Below, piece after piece: positions 26,201-37,773 of a stretch of DNA of 64,000 nt (the first letter of the stretch is position 1; every line of letters starts with the position of its first letter). The position numbers and the translations under genes were made by a program. The notes under the pieces are model-generated. The model was not told where the DNA came from. It did not search any database and saw only the letters and a program-made list of their open reading frames with translations. Source of the stretch: Candidatus Eiseniibacteriota bacterium (lineage in GTDB: Bacteria; Eisenbacteria; RBG-16-71-46); assembly GCA_963717505.1 (NCBI GenBank), contig OY970342.1:1408001-1472000 (forward strand). Reading direction: 5' to 3'.

Positions 26201-28351
26201 ATGACGCCAACCACCCCGACGACCATTTCCCATTACCGCCTGCTCGACCGCATCGGCGAAGGCGGCATGGGCGAAGTCTGGCTGGCCGAGGACACGCAGC
26301 TGCCGCGTCGCGTCGCGATCAAGATCCTGTCGCCGCGGCTGGCTGCCGATCCCGACGCCGTCGACCGGTTGCTGCGCGAAGCGCAGGCGGCAGCGACGGT
26401 CGACCATCCTGGCGTGGTGACCGTGTACGAAGCCGGGCTCTCCGAGGGCCGGCCCTACCTGGTCATGCAGCGGGTCGAAGGCGAGACGCTCGAGGAGCGA
26501 CTCGCACGCGGGCGCATGCCGGTGGCCGAGGCGATCGAGGTGACGGCGCAGATCGCCGACGCGTTGGCCGAAGTACACGCACTCGGCATCGTTCACCGCG
26601 ACCTCAAGCCGTCCAACATCATTCTCACCCCGCGCGGACCCAAGATCCTCGACTTTGGAATCGCCAGCCTCAAGGGTTCGACACGTCTGACGTCGACGGG
26701 CATCGCAATCGGGACGCCGCTGACCATGAGTCCCGAGCAGATTCAGGGTCGGCCCGCCGACAACCGCGCCGACCTATGGTCGCTCGGCGTGTCGCTCTAT
26801 CGCGCGGTCACTGGGCGCCCACCGTTCACCGGCGACAACTTCGAAGCCTTGAGCTACCAGATCCTGAGCCTCTCGCCGCCACCGCCGAGCGAGCTGAACC
26901 CCGAAGTCGGTTCCGATCTCGACTACATCGTCATGAAGCTCCTGCGCAAGGATCCCGCGGCGCGCTACGCGCGCGCCGAGGACCTGGTCGCCGATCTCGG
27001 CAACTGTCCCGCGAACCGCACCCCGGCGGCGATCGCGAGCGGCGGCAAGCGGACGCCACGCATCGCGGTGCTCTACTTCGACGTGCTGAGCGCCGACCCG
27101 CAGGACGCGTTTCTCGCTGCCGGACTCGCCGAGGACCTGATCGTGGATCTGACGCGGGTGAGCGGAATCCAGGTGTCCGGGCGCACCGAGGTCCTGCCCT
27201 ATCGCGACCGCACCGTGCCGCCGCGCACGCTCGGCCGCGAGCTGGGCGTCGACTACGTGGTGCACGGCAGCGTGCGCCGGGTCGGCACCCGGGCACGGAT
27301 CGTCTATCAAATGGTGCGAGCCGCCGACAGCCACGTGATGTGCGGCGACCGACTCGACCGCAACGTCGACGACCTGTTCGACATGCAGGCCGAGGTCTCG
27401 AAGCGCATCGTCGACGCGTTGCAGGTGGCACTCGATCCCGGCCAGCGGGAAATGCTCGACCGCGTGCCGACCCGCAGCAAGGAGGCCTACGCCGAGTACC
27501 TGCGCGCGCGCGCGATGCTCGACCTCGGGACGCGTGAAGGCAACTACCTGGCCGAGGACCACCTCAAGTCCGCGATCGCACGTGACCCCGAATTCGCATT
27601 GGCTCATGCCGCCCTCGGTGAGGGCTACGCGATTCGCGTCATGAGGTGGTGGGCGGGGCCCGAGGTCGCGAAGTTGGCGGCGCCGTGCGCGGAACGCGCG
27701 CTCGAGCTCGATCCGACGCTGCTCGAGGGGCACTTGGTGCGTGCGATGGTGCACCGGGTTCGTGGCGAGCCCGAGCTGCTGCTCAAGGCGCTCGATCGGG
27801 TGATGGAGCTGGATCCCAATCACCCGGAAGCGCTCGACTGGGCGGGATGGAGCTACATGTCGATGAACCAGCCGGAGAAGGCACTGCCGCTGCTCGAACG
27901 GCTGGTGGCGACGTCGCCCGAGCGCTACCTGGCCGCGAGCTTCCTGGGGTCGTGCTACGAGATGCTCGGGCGCCCTGAGGAATTTCACCGCATGCAGCTC
28001 CTGGCTCGCGATCGCTGCATCGAGGTCCTGCGCCGCCATCCCGAGAACGTGCACGCGCGCTCGATCCTCGGAATCCATCTACTCACCCTCGGCGAGCCCG
28101 AGGCCGGCATCGCCCAGTGCGAGCGGGCAGTCGAAATCGCACCGGCGGACACGCGAGTCCGATACAACCTGGCATGCATCTATTCCCGCGCGGGACGTCT
28201 CGATGATTGCGTGAACCAACTCCACGAGGCGACACGCAACCTGCCGGAGTTCATTGCCGACTGGCCGCTCCACGATCCCGACCTGGTGAACGTGCGCGAC
28301 CATCCCGGGTTCATCAAGCTGTTCGGTCGGGCGACGACCCCCGCGTCCTAG
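26201..28351 (+). CDS. Ser/Thr protein kinase with TolB-N-like and TPR domains
   Basis: GEGGMGEV, HRDLKPSN, DFGIA, MSPEQ; IAVLYF domain; TPR repeats ending YNLACIYS. Confidence 0.93.
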   Translation: MTPTTPTTISHYRLLDRIGEGGMGEVWLAEDTQLPRRVAIKILSPRLAADPDAVDRLLREAQAAATVDHPGVVTVYEAGLSEGRPYLVMQRVEGETLEERLARGRMPVAEAIEVTAQIADALAEVHALGIVHRDLKPSNIILTPRGPKILDFGIASLKGSTRLTSTGIAIGTPLTMSPEQIQGRPADNRADLWSLGVSLYRAVTGRPPFTGDNFEALSYQILSLSPPPPSELNPEVGSDLDYIVMKLLRKDPAARYARAEDLVADLGNCPANRTPAAIASGGKRTPRIAVLYFDVLSADPQDAFLAAGLAEDLIVDLTRVSGIQVSGRTEVLPYRDRTVPPRTLGRELGVDYVVHGSVRRVGTRARIVYQMVRAADSHVMCGDRLDRNVDDLFDMQAEVSKRIVDALQVALDPGQREMLDRVPTRSKEAYAEYLRARAMLDLGTREGNYLAEDHLKSAIARDPEFALAHAALGEGYAIRVMRWWAGPEVAKLAAPCAERALELDPTLLEGHLVRAMVHRVRGEPELLLKALDRVMELDPNHPEALDWAGWSYMSMNQPEKALPLLERLVATSPERYLAASFLGSCYEMLGRPEEFHRMQLLARDRCIEVLRRHPENVHARSILGIHLLTLGEPEAGIAQCERAVEIAPADTRVRYNLACIYSRAGRLDDCVNQLHEATRNLPEFIADWPLHDPDLVNVRDHPGFIKLFGRATTPAS

Positions 28352-28367
28352 GGGCGAGCCCGCTGCC

Positions 28368-29045
28368 ATGCATCCCTACCTCGACTCGCTGCGCGCGGCT
28401 GCCGAGCAACGCCGGCGCACTCCGGCGCCACCCGTGTTCAAGATGGCGGTCGTGCTGTTCGCGGCCGTGGGGCTGGTGTTGGTGCTGTCGCTTTTCGTGG
28501 TCGGAGGGAGATCCCGGCTCCACAACTTCGCCGGTCAACGCGGCGTGGTCACCGTGGTTTCGGCCATCTGCCTGTCGATGGCGGCCGCATTCGCCTTCGC
28601 GGCTGGCGCGCTCAGTCGCGGGCGCGATCCGTCGCACGTCGAGGCCTGGTTGCTGTTCGCCGGGGGGCTGGTCTTTCTCGCGGCGGACGAGTTGCTCCAG
28701 TTCAACCTGTGGCTCGGTCTCCACGTGGACGACTGGATCGACATCGGCAGCGTGCCCGGGGACGATCTGGTGCTGATCGGCTACGGGTTGGTGGCCGGGA
28801 TGGTCGGTCTATTGGCGCTGCCGGCCCTGATTTCGCAACCGCGCGTCGGGCGGTTCCTGCTGCTCGGTTTCGGGTTCTTCGTCGTGCACACTTTGTTCGA
28901 CGTGTTGGGCCACGGCTGGCGGCCGGCGGTCGTGTTCGAGGAGTCGGCCAAGGTCTTCTCGGGCGTGTGCCTGCTGCTCGCGGCCTATGTCGGACTGATG
29001 AGCATCGGGGGCGCCGCCGCGAGTCGAGCCGCCCCGGACTCCTGA
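28368..29045 (+). CDS. Hypothetical multi-pass membrane protein
   Basis: About 6 TM helices; FLAADE and EESAK motifs. Confidence 0.7.
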   Translation: MHPYLDSLRAAAEQRRRTPAPPVFKMAVVLFAAVGLVLVLSLFVVGGRSRLHNFAGQRGVVTVVSAICLSMAAAFAFAAGALSRGRDPSHVEAWLLFAGGLVFLAADELLQFNLWLGLHVDDWIDIGSVPGDDLVLIGYGLVAGMVGLLALPALISQPRVGRFLLLGFGFFVVHTLFDVLGHGWRPAVVFEESAKVFSGVCLLLAAYVGLMSIGGAAASRAAPDS

Positions 29046-29060
29046 GGCCCCGCCGCCTCT

Positions 29061-29089
29061 TTAACAGAGCCTCGGGCCGGTGGTAGCCT
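29061..29089 (+). promoter_or_regulatory. Sigma70 promoter of the DUF5916 gene
   Basis: TTAACA-N17-TAGCCT with extended -10 TG; ATG lies 10 nt downstream. Confidence 0.6.
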
Positions 29090-29099
29090 GCGCCCGCCT

Positions 29100-31772
29100 A
29101 TGCCGTCGCTCCAGGCCGCCTGGAGGCACACCCCCATGCCTTTCGCGACCCGCTGTATCGCTGTGTCTTTCTTGGTGCTCGTCGCCGACGCCGCGCGCGC
29201 CGCCGACTCGGGCACGAGCGCCGAAAAGCAAGAGCTTCAGCGCCCGACGATTCACGCCGTGCGCACCGCATCCCCGATCACGATCGACGCCAACCTCGAT
29301 GAACCGGCGTGGCAGGCCGCGCGGCCGGTCACCGAGTTCCGTCAGCTCGATCCGGTCGAAGGCGCCGACCCAAGCCAGCGCACCGAAGTCCGAATCCTCC
29401 ACGACGACGACGCCCTCTACATCGGCGCCATCCTGCACGACACCGCCCCCGACTCGATCATCGCCCGGCTGACGCGGCGCGACGTCAGCATCCCCGCCGA
29501 TCGCTTCTCGGTCTACGTCGATCCGTTTCACGATCGACGCAGCGGCTTCTACTTCTCGATCAACGCCGCCGGCACGCTCTACGACGGCACGTTGCTCAAC
29601 GACGACTGGGACGACAGCTCGTGGGACGGCGTGTGGCACGGCCATGCGCGGGTGACGAACGGTGGCTGGGTCGCCGAGATGCGCATTCCCTATTCCCAGC
29701 TGCGATTCCGCGCCGGCACGCCGATGGTCTGGGGCATCAACTTCGGCCGCGGCATCCAGCGGCGCAACGAGTGGGTCTACGTCACCTATCGCCCCAAAGA
29801 AGCCAGCGGCTTCGTCTCGCGCTTCCCCGACCTGGTCGGGCTCGACGGCATTCGGCCGCCGCGCACGGTCGAGATCCTGCCGTACATCACCGGCAAGGGG
29901 GAGTACGTACCCGGAGTCGAGGACGACTACACCGGAAACGGCGGTGTCGACGTGCGGGCCGGCCTCGGCAGCGGCCTGACGTTGAGCGCCACCGTCAATC
30001 CCGACTTCGGCCAGGTCGAGATCGATCCGGCCGTGGTCAACCTGAGCGACGTCGAGACCTTCTTTCAGGAGAAGCGGCCGTTCTTCGTCGAAGGCTCGTC
30101 GATCTTCGGGTTCGGCAACCAGGGTGCCGCCGACTACTGGAACTTCGCGTGGCCCGAACCGCTGTTCTTCTACTCGCGGCGCATCGGTCGATCTCCGCAG
30201 GGCGGCGCCCCCGACGACGCCGACGTCCCGGTCGGCACCACGATCCTGGGCGCGCTCAAGGTCACCGGCAAATCCGGCCCGTCCTGGAACGTCGGCACGC
30301 TGCACGCGCTCACCCAGCGCGAGCTGGCGCCGTCACCGACTGCGGGCGACGTCGAGGTCGAGCCCCTCACTTACTACGGTGTTGCGCGTGGGCTGCGCGA
30401 GTTCGCCCGCCGCCAGCACGGCCTGGGCATGATGGGTTCGCTGGTCGCACGCTCGTTCGAGGACCCTGCGTTGCGCGACGTGGTGAGCAGCTCGTCGGCC
30501 ATGGTCGGGCTCGACGGGTGGACGTTCCTCGATCGTCAGAAGACCTGGGTGGTCTCGGGGTGGTCGGCGATGTCTCACGTGAGCGGCACGCCAGAGTTCA
30601 TGACCTCGCTCCAGCAAAGCTCCCGGCACTATTTCCAGCGGCCCGACGCCGATCACGTCGGCGTCGATCCCGATGCCACCTCGATGACCGCAATCGGCAC
30701 CCGACTGTGGCTCAACAAGCAGGAGGGAGCGTCGTTCGTGAATGCCGCCGCCGGCTTCATGACGCCCGGCTTCGACGTCGCCGACATGGGCTTCCAGCCG
30801 CGCTCCGACATCATCAACACCCACTTCGGCGGCGGCTACAAGTGGACGACCCCCGGCAAGTGGGCGAAGTATCGCGACGTGCGCGGTGCCATCTACAGCG
30901 GTTGGAACTTCGGCGGCAATCACTCTTCGGCCGGTATTCACGCCGGTGGCTTCACCGAGTTCCAGAACAACTGGAGCTGGGACTACCACGCCGAGTACAA
31001 CCCCGAGCTGACCAACAGCGGCCTGACCCGAGGCGGCCCGCGGGTGAAGAATCCGCCCGGCTTCGAACTCGGCACCTACTTCGACACCGACGGCAAGCAG
31101 CCGCGGTTCTACTACATCGACATGTTCGCCTACATCCAGCCCGAGCCCGGCACCTACTACGCCGAAGTCGAGCCGGGGATCGAGCTCAAACCGATGTCCA
31201 ACCTGATGCTCCAGGTTGGGGTCGAGGCGGTGCGCAATCGGGAAGACGCGCAATACGTCACCACCGAGACCGACCCACTCGCCACCGAGACGTACGGTGC
31301 ACGCTATGTGTTCGCCGAGCTGGACCTGACCACCGTCGGGCTGCCGATCCGGCTCAACTACGCGGTGACGCCCAACCTGAGCCTCCAGCTCTACGCGCAG
31401 CCGTTCCTGGCCGCCGGCTCGTACACCGAGTTCAAGGAGCTGGCGGAGCCCAACACCTACTCGTTCAACTTCTATGGCACCGGTGGCTCGACCTACGATC
31501 CGTCGACCGGAATCGTCGACCCCGATGGCCCCGGCCCGGCACCGGCGTTCGACGTCGGCCCGCCGGACTTCAACTTCGTCTCGCTGCGCGGCAATGCGGT
31601 GCTGCGTTGGGAATACATCCCCGGCTCGACGCTGTTCTTTGTGTGGACGCAGGAGCGGAACGACGAGCAGCCGACCGGGGACTTCGACTTTGGCGACGAC
31701 GCTCGTCGGTTGTTCGACCTGGATCCGGTGAACACGTTCCTGGTGAAGCTGACGTACTACTTCACGCCGTAG
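29100..31772 (+). CDS. CBM9-like plus DUF5916 outer-membrane protein
   Basis: IDANLDEPAW, TEVRILHDDDALY, GWVAEMRIP, NPDFGQVE, EKRPFF, FYSRRIG, C-terminal FLVKLTYYF. Confidence 0.85.
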   Translation: MPSLQAAWRHTPMPFATRCIAVSFLVLVADAARAADSGTSAEKQELQRPTIHAVRTASPITIDANLDEPAWQAARPVTEFRQLDPVEGADPSQRTEVRILHDDDALYIGAILHDTAPDSIIARLTRRDVSIPADRFSVYVDPFHDRRSGFYFSINAAGTLYDGTLLNDDWDDSSWDGVWHGHARVTNGGWVAEMRIPYSQLRFRAGTPMVWGINFGRGIQRRNEWVYVTYRPKEASGFVSRFPDLVGLDGIRPPRTVEILPYITGKGEYVPGVEDDYTGNGGVDVRAGLGSGLTLSATVNPDFGQVEIDPAVVNLSDVETFFQEKRPFFVEGSSIFGFGNQGAADYWNFAWPEPLFFYSRRIGRSPQGGAPDDADVPVGTTILGALKVTGKSGPSWNVGTLHALTQRELAPSPTAGDVEVEPLTYYGVARGLREFARRQHGLGMMGSLVARSFEDPALRDVVSSSSAMVGLDGWTFLDRQKTWVVSGWSAMSHVSGTPEFMTSLQQSSRHYFQRPDADHVGVDPDATSMTAIGTRLWLNKQEGASFVNAAAGFMTPGFDVADMGFQPRSDIINTHFGGGYKWTTPGKWAKYRDVRGAIYSGWNFGGNHSSAGIHAGGFTEFQNNWSWDYHAEYNPELTNSGLTRGGPRVKNPPGFELGTYFDTDGKQPRFYYIDMFAYIQPEPGTYYAEVEPGIELKPMSNLMLQVGVEAVRNREDAQYVTTETDPLATETYGARYVFAELDLTTVGLPIRLNYAVTPNLSLQLYAQPFLAAGSYTEFKELAEPNTYSFNFYGTGGSTYDPSTGIVDPDGPGPAPAFDVGPPDFNFVSLRGNAVLRWEYIPGSTLFFVWTQERNDEQPTGDFDFGDDARRLFDLDPVNTFLVKLTYYFTP

Positions 31773-32032
31773 GGAACGGCAAATCCGCGATCGGCGGCTT
31801 CGCGAGCCAATCGCCGGCGGGGTCAGAGTCTTGAGCCGGGGGCGGATAGACTCCGAGAGATCCCGATCGGGCGGGTTCGTTTGCAGCCAATCGCGAGGCG
31901 GATTCGCGCAGATGGAACGCGCAACCAAATGGGCATCAAGCGATTGTGACGCCTGCAAAGACAGGCGAGTAGCGTGATAGGCGGAACCGAGTAGGTGATA
32001 GTGCGGACTGCCGAATTGGAGCTAGCCAGACC

Positions 32033-32380
32033 ATGGGCGCTGATCGAGGCAACCTTGAAAGGGCGGCGCGGTGGCGACCTGAAGCCGTGAGGGCTGCACA
32101 GGCAGTCATCGGAGGTGAGGTCGGACTCATCGAGGGAGCTCGGCGGCTGACCGCAATCGGCCACGAACTGGTGCTCGATCTGTGGAGTGACCCTGACTTC
32201 TCAGTGCTCGGCGCGGTGGCCTCGGAGTCGGATGGTTTGCCAATTGGCAAAGCCCGGGCACATTGGGAACCATCGGCATTGGCCGAGAAGGATCGAGAGC
32301 TGGCGACGTATGAATCCAAGGTCCACGATATTGTTCTTGCTGCGTGCTGTTCGATCCGAGATCGCTATGCGGCTGGCTAA
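32033..32380 (+). CDS. DUF2489-like protein (gene cassette)
   Basis: IEGARRL...SESDGLPIG.AR..W; stop codon lies in an attC R'' box (GGCTAAC). Confidence 0.6.
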   Translation: MGADRGNLERAARWRPEAVRAAQAVIGGEVGLIEGARRLTAIGHELVLDLWSDPDFSVLGAVASESDGLPIGKARAHWEPSALAEKDRELATYESKVHDIVLAACCSIRDRYAAG

Positions 32381-32434
32381 CAGGCTGCTTGAGCGGACCG
32401 GCTGCGACGGCCGCTCAGCGGCGATCCGTCATGC
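32375..32434 (+). mobile_element. attC-like integron cassette recombination site (degenerate R')
   Basis: GGCTAAC...TGAGCGG..CCGGC.....CCGCTCA...GTCATGC hairpin; GTC in place of GTT. Confidence 0.62.
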
Positions 32435-32514
32435 GGATCTCTTGGCAGCAGGAGGGACGTTGTGGAACGTGCTAGGTTGAGAGCTGCATACGCCCCCGGA
32501 GGAGTTATCTTGGG

Positions 32515-32751
32515 ATGCCGCGGATCAAGGGGATTCCTGGACCGTATCGGCTCTTCTTCACGAGCTTCGACTGCAACGAGCCTCCGCATGTGCACGTCGA
32601 ACGCGAGAGCGCGACGTGCAAGTTCTGGCTTCAGCCAATCGGACTTGCCCGCGCCCATGGCTTTGGCGCACGGGAGCTGAACGCGGTCCGCCGGATTATT
32701 GCGACCCACCGCACCGCGATACTGGAGGCTTGGCATGAGCACTGCGGCTGA
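32515..32751 (+). CDS. DUF4160 family putative toxin
   Basis: FFTSFDCNEPPHVHV, CKFWL, ILEAWHEH. Confidence 0.85.
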   Translation: MPRIKGIPGPYRLFFTSFDCNEPPHVHVERESATCKFWLQPIGLARAHGFGARELNAVRRIIATHRTAILEAWHEHCG

Positions 32752-33091
32752 CTTCACCAGCGATCCTCGGATTCAAGACGTGCGCGTTACGGCGGACGAG
32801 ATCGTTGCCCACCTCGCCGATGGGCGCGTCATCAGCGTTCCGCTTGCATGGTCGTGGCGGTTATCTGAGGCCACGCCTAAGCAGCGGGCCAACTTCCGTC
32901 TCATTGGCACCGGGCAAGGCGTGCATTGGCCTGATGTGGACGAGGACATCAGCGTCGAGGGCATGCTGCATGGAATTCCTGCACGTCCACCAAAACGGAA
33001 GCGTGCAGGTATGGGGGCTGACATCGTCCGAGATCGTAAGCCGCCTAACAGGCGCATCAAGCCGGCGCGCAAGGGGCATGCGCGCGGCTGA
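32735..33091 (+). CDS. DUF2442 family putative antitoxin
   Basis: LADGRVISVPLAW..RL..AT..QR, GVHWPDVDEDISVEG; overlaps the DUF4160 gene. Confidence 0.88.
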   Translation: MSTAADFTSDPRIQDVRVTADEIVAHLADGRVISVPLAWSWRLSEATPKQRANFRLIGTGQGVHWPDVDEDISVEGMLHGIPARPPKRKRAGMGADIVRDRKPPNRRIKPARKGHARG

Positions 33092-33106
33092 TACGCGACG
33101 TTACCT
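33043..33106 (+). mobile_element. attC-like integron cassette recombination site
   Basis: GCCTAAC...GCATCAAGCCGGCGCGC / GCGCGCGGCTGATAC...GTTACCT hairpin. Confidence 0.65.
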
Positions 33107-33168
33107 GACGCTCCTTCCCACGATGGCGAACGGGGGTGACGGCCGTGCACATGCCGGGTGCGAAGTAC

Positions 33169-34379
<1,211 letters not shown>

Positions 34380-34383
<4 letters not shown>

Positions 34384-34757
34384 TGCCGCGGGCTCTGGTT
34401 CAACAGCTCGTTCATGCGGCCGATCAGCCGCTCGAGATCGACCGGCTTGGTGTCGTAGTCCGAACAGCCGGCGGCCAGCGCCTTCTCGCGATCGCCCTCC
34501 ATGGCGTGTGCGGTCAGCGCGATGATCGGTACTTCACGCAGTACTACCTCGGCCCGCATGCGGCGCGTGGTCTCCCAGCCGTCGACGTCGGGCAGGCTCA
34601 TATCCATCAGGATCAAATCCGGTGGGTCGCTGAGCGCCATTTCCATGCCCTGCATGCCGGTGACCGCGATGCGGATTTCGTAGCCGCGGCGAATGAGCCG
34701 GCGCGACAGCATGTCGCGGTTCATCTCGTTGTCCTCGACCAAAAGGATGCGGGTCAC
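34380..34757 (-). CDS. Single-domain response regulator (DivK/CheY-like)
   Basis: ILLVEDN, LMDMSLP, ALTAHAM, TKP. Confidence 0.93.
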
Positions 34758-37679
34758 GCCGAACCCGCCACTGGGATACCAATCACAGCGTGGATCTCCT
34801 CGATCAGTTCGTCGAGCGGGTGGGCGCCCTTCTGGATGATGCGCTCGACCGAGCCGTTGAGGCGGCGCCGGTCGGCATCGTCGAGCGTCTTAGCGGTGAC
34901 CACGATCACCGGGATCTCGCGCCCACGGTCCGAACGGCGCAGGGACTCGACGAACTCGAAGCCATCCATCTCGGGCATCATCAGGTCGAGCACCACGAGA
35001 CTCGGCCGCGCGCGCGCCACGGCGTCGAGCGCCTCGCGGCCGTTGCGCGCCTCGACCACCTTCCAGCCGTCCTTCTCGAGCACGCGCCGCAGCAGCTCGC
35101 GCGTGTCGTCGTGGTCCTCGACCAGCAACACCGCCGGCTCGACGCCGGGGCCGCGGTGGCGCTGCAGCGCCGCCAGCAGTCGATCGCGATCGATCGGTTT
35201 GGTCAGGAACTCGGACGCCCCGAGCGCATAACCCACTTCGGTGTTGTCGAGCATGGTCATGATCACGACCGGCACGTCGGCGAGTTGGGGATCGGCCTTG
35301 ATCGCGGCCAGCACCGTCCAGCCGTCGGTGCCCGGCATCAGGATGTCGAGCGTGATCACGCGCGGCTGAACCTCGCGCGCCAGTCGCAATCCCGCCTCGC
35401 CGTTGAGCGCGGTGGCGACGCGGTAGCCGTGTTTCGGCAGGATGCGCGACATCAGGTCGAGAACGTTGGGATCGTCGTCGATGACCAGCACCATCGGCCC
35501 GTGCGCCGGGGCCGCGTGGCCGGCGGGCGCGGGCGTCACCTCGGCGCCGGCGATCGCCACCGGCAGCCGAACGGTGAAGGTCGAGCCGGCGCCCGGCTGC
35601 GATTCGGCGGTGATGCCACCGCCCATCATCTGACAGAAGCGGCGCGTGATCGCCAGACCGAGGCCCGGTGCCGCCGTACTTCTTGGTGACCGAGGCGTCG
35701 GCCTGGGCGAACGCCTCGAACACGCGCTCGAGCTGCGGCTCGGTCATGCCGACCCCGGTGTCTTCGACCGCGATGGTCAGCCAGTCGCCGGCGTCGTCGC
35801 GCATGCGCCAGGCCGAGAGCGTGATCTTGCCGTGGTCGCTGAACTTGCTGGCGTTGGACAGCAGATTCATCAGCACCTGGCGCAGCTTGGTCTGGTCCGA
35901 TTGCATGGTGCCGACGTCGGCCGCGCAGTGAATCTCGAGACGGTTGCCGTTGCGGTCGATCAGCGGACGCACCGTGGTCGCGACGTCCTGGATCAGCGTG
36001 GCAACGTTGAACGGCTCGACGAACAGTTCGGTGCGCCCGGCTTCGATCTTGGACAGATCGAGGATGTCGTTGATCAGCGCCAGCAGGTGCTTGCCGGCCG
36101 AGCGGATCTTGTTCAGGTCGGGGACCATGCGCTGGTCACCGGCGTCCTCGGCCTCTTCGACCAGCATCTCGCTGTAGCCGATGATCGCGTTGAGCGGTGT
36201 CCTCAGCTCGTGGCTCATGTTGGCCAGGAACTGGCTCTTGGCGCGGCTCGCGGCCTCGGCCTCGCGGCGCGCGCGCAGCAACTCGCTGACGTCGTGGTAG
36301 AGCGCCATCAGCCCCTGGCGCTTCCCGTCGACGTGCACCGGCACGCCGGCCAGCTCGACGTCGATGAACGTGCCGTCCTTGCGCCGGCGCTTGCCGATGC
36401 CATGTGCCGCCTGCTCCTGCGCCTGCACCGTGTAGCCGACCGCCTCGGCCAGCGTCTCCTCGGTGTTGATCAACGAGTCGAGATTCTTGCCGACCGCCTC
36501 GTGGAGCGAGAAGCCGAACAGGTGCTCGAAGGCGGGATTGAACGAGGCGATGTTGCCGTCGATGTCGACGGTGACGATCGCGACCGGGCTGTTGACCACC
36601 ACGGCCTCGAAGTACTCCTTCTGGCGGCGGGACTCGGAGAACAGCCGCGCGTTCTGGATGGCGACCGCGGCCTGTGGCGTGAACAGGTTGAGCAGCCGCA
36701 GATCCTCGGGGCCGAACTGGCGATTGGGATCGCTGTCGACGCACGAGAACGCGCCGACCAGACGCTTGCCGATCAGCAGGGGCGCGACCATCACGGAATG
36801 GGCTTTGACGCTCACGTACTTGGCCGAGCGGCCCGACCAGTCGTGGTACGAGGGGATGATGATCGGCTCGTGCGTCTCGGCGACCCGCCCCATCGCGCCT
36901 TCGCCGCGCGCGAGCCGGGTGCCGGTCGAATCCTCGCCGCCGATGTCGTGGCTCGCGACCACGACCAGCTCTTCTTTGTCTTCCTCGTAAATGGCCAGCT
37001 CGCCGCCGGTGCCGCGCACCAGGGCGACCGCGCGTCGCAGCACGGCTTGCAGCAGACGCGACAGCTCCAGTTCCGACGAGAGGTCCGCGATCGATTGTAA
37101 GAGTGCTTCGTGTTCGCCGGCGCGCCGCCGCCCCGCGGCCTCGAGCCGCGATTGCCCGAGTGCCAATCCGGTGACGCCGGCCACGGCCTGGCCGAACTCG
37201 CGAGCCTCGCCGCCGAGGGACTCGGCCTGGAGGCAACCGAGCACCAACAGTGCCGTGGTCTTCTCATCGAGCCGCATGGGCGCTTCGAACGCAGCGCCCG
37301 CGCCCAGCTCGGAGTAGAGCGAGCGGTCGCCATCAGAGGCGGCAAGCATCCGCGCCCGAGCACCCGGGACGAGGTTCGCGCCGAGCGGCGAGTCGGCCGC
37401 GGGTCGCCAGCCGGGTTGCACCGGACACGGCCCGGCGACCGAGCGCAGCACCAGGTTGCCGGCATCGTCGGGCGTGAGGATCGCCACCAGGTCGAACCCG
37501 ACGCGCCGCGCACACAGGACGTCGACCACCAGGCGACAGGTCGCGGCCTCGTCGCGCGCCGAGCCGGCGCGGGCCGCGATCGCCGTCAGCGCCGAGAGTC
37601 TGGCCTGGCCCAGGGCGGCGTCCGGCAGGAGCGCCGAAGGCGCCTCGGGTGAATGGGACGGCTGAGCAGCCTGGGTCAA
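34754..37679 (-). CDS. Hybrid histidine kinase (GAF-GAF-PAS-HisKA-HATPase-REC-REC), frameshifted at about 35665
   Basis: FLANMSHELRTPL, NLLSNASKF, DTGVG; GGTGLGLAI is broken by one extra G and the REC domains continue in ORF 34754-35629; start uncertain (TTG 37679). Confidence 0.85.
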
Positions 37680-37773
37680 AGGGGGCTCGAGGTTCGAGTT
37701 GGGAGTGGTTCGTATCGCGGGGGACCAACATTGTGCCACAACCCGCGCCGCCCCACGACGATCCCTGCGCTTT

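Noticed and set aside
31780-31905. Two imperfect repeats containing GCCAATCGC after the DUF5916 gene
   Set aside because: Too degenerate to call a REP or attC; no TAAC/GTT boxes
29309-31958. Long alternative-frame and antisense ORFs (also 12407-14038, 41224-42933, 53254-54933, 54991-57324)
   Set aside because: Arg/Pro/Ala-rich shadow ORFs expected in high-GC DNA overlapping well-supported genes
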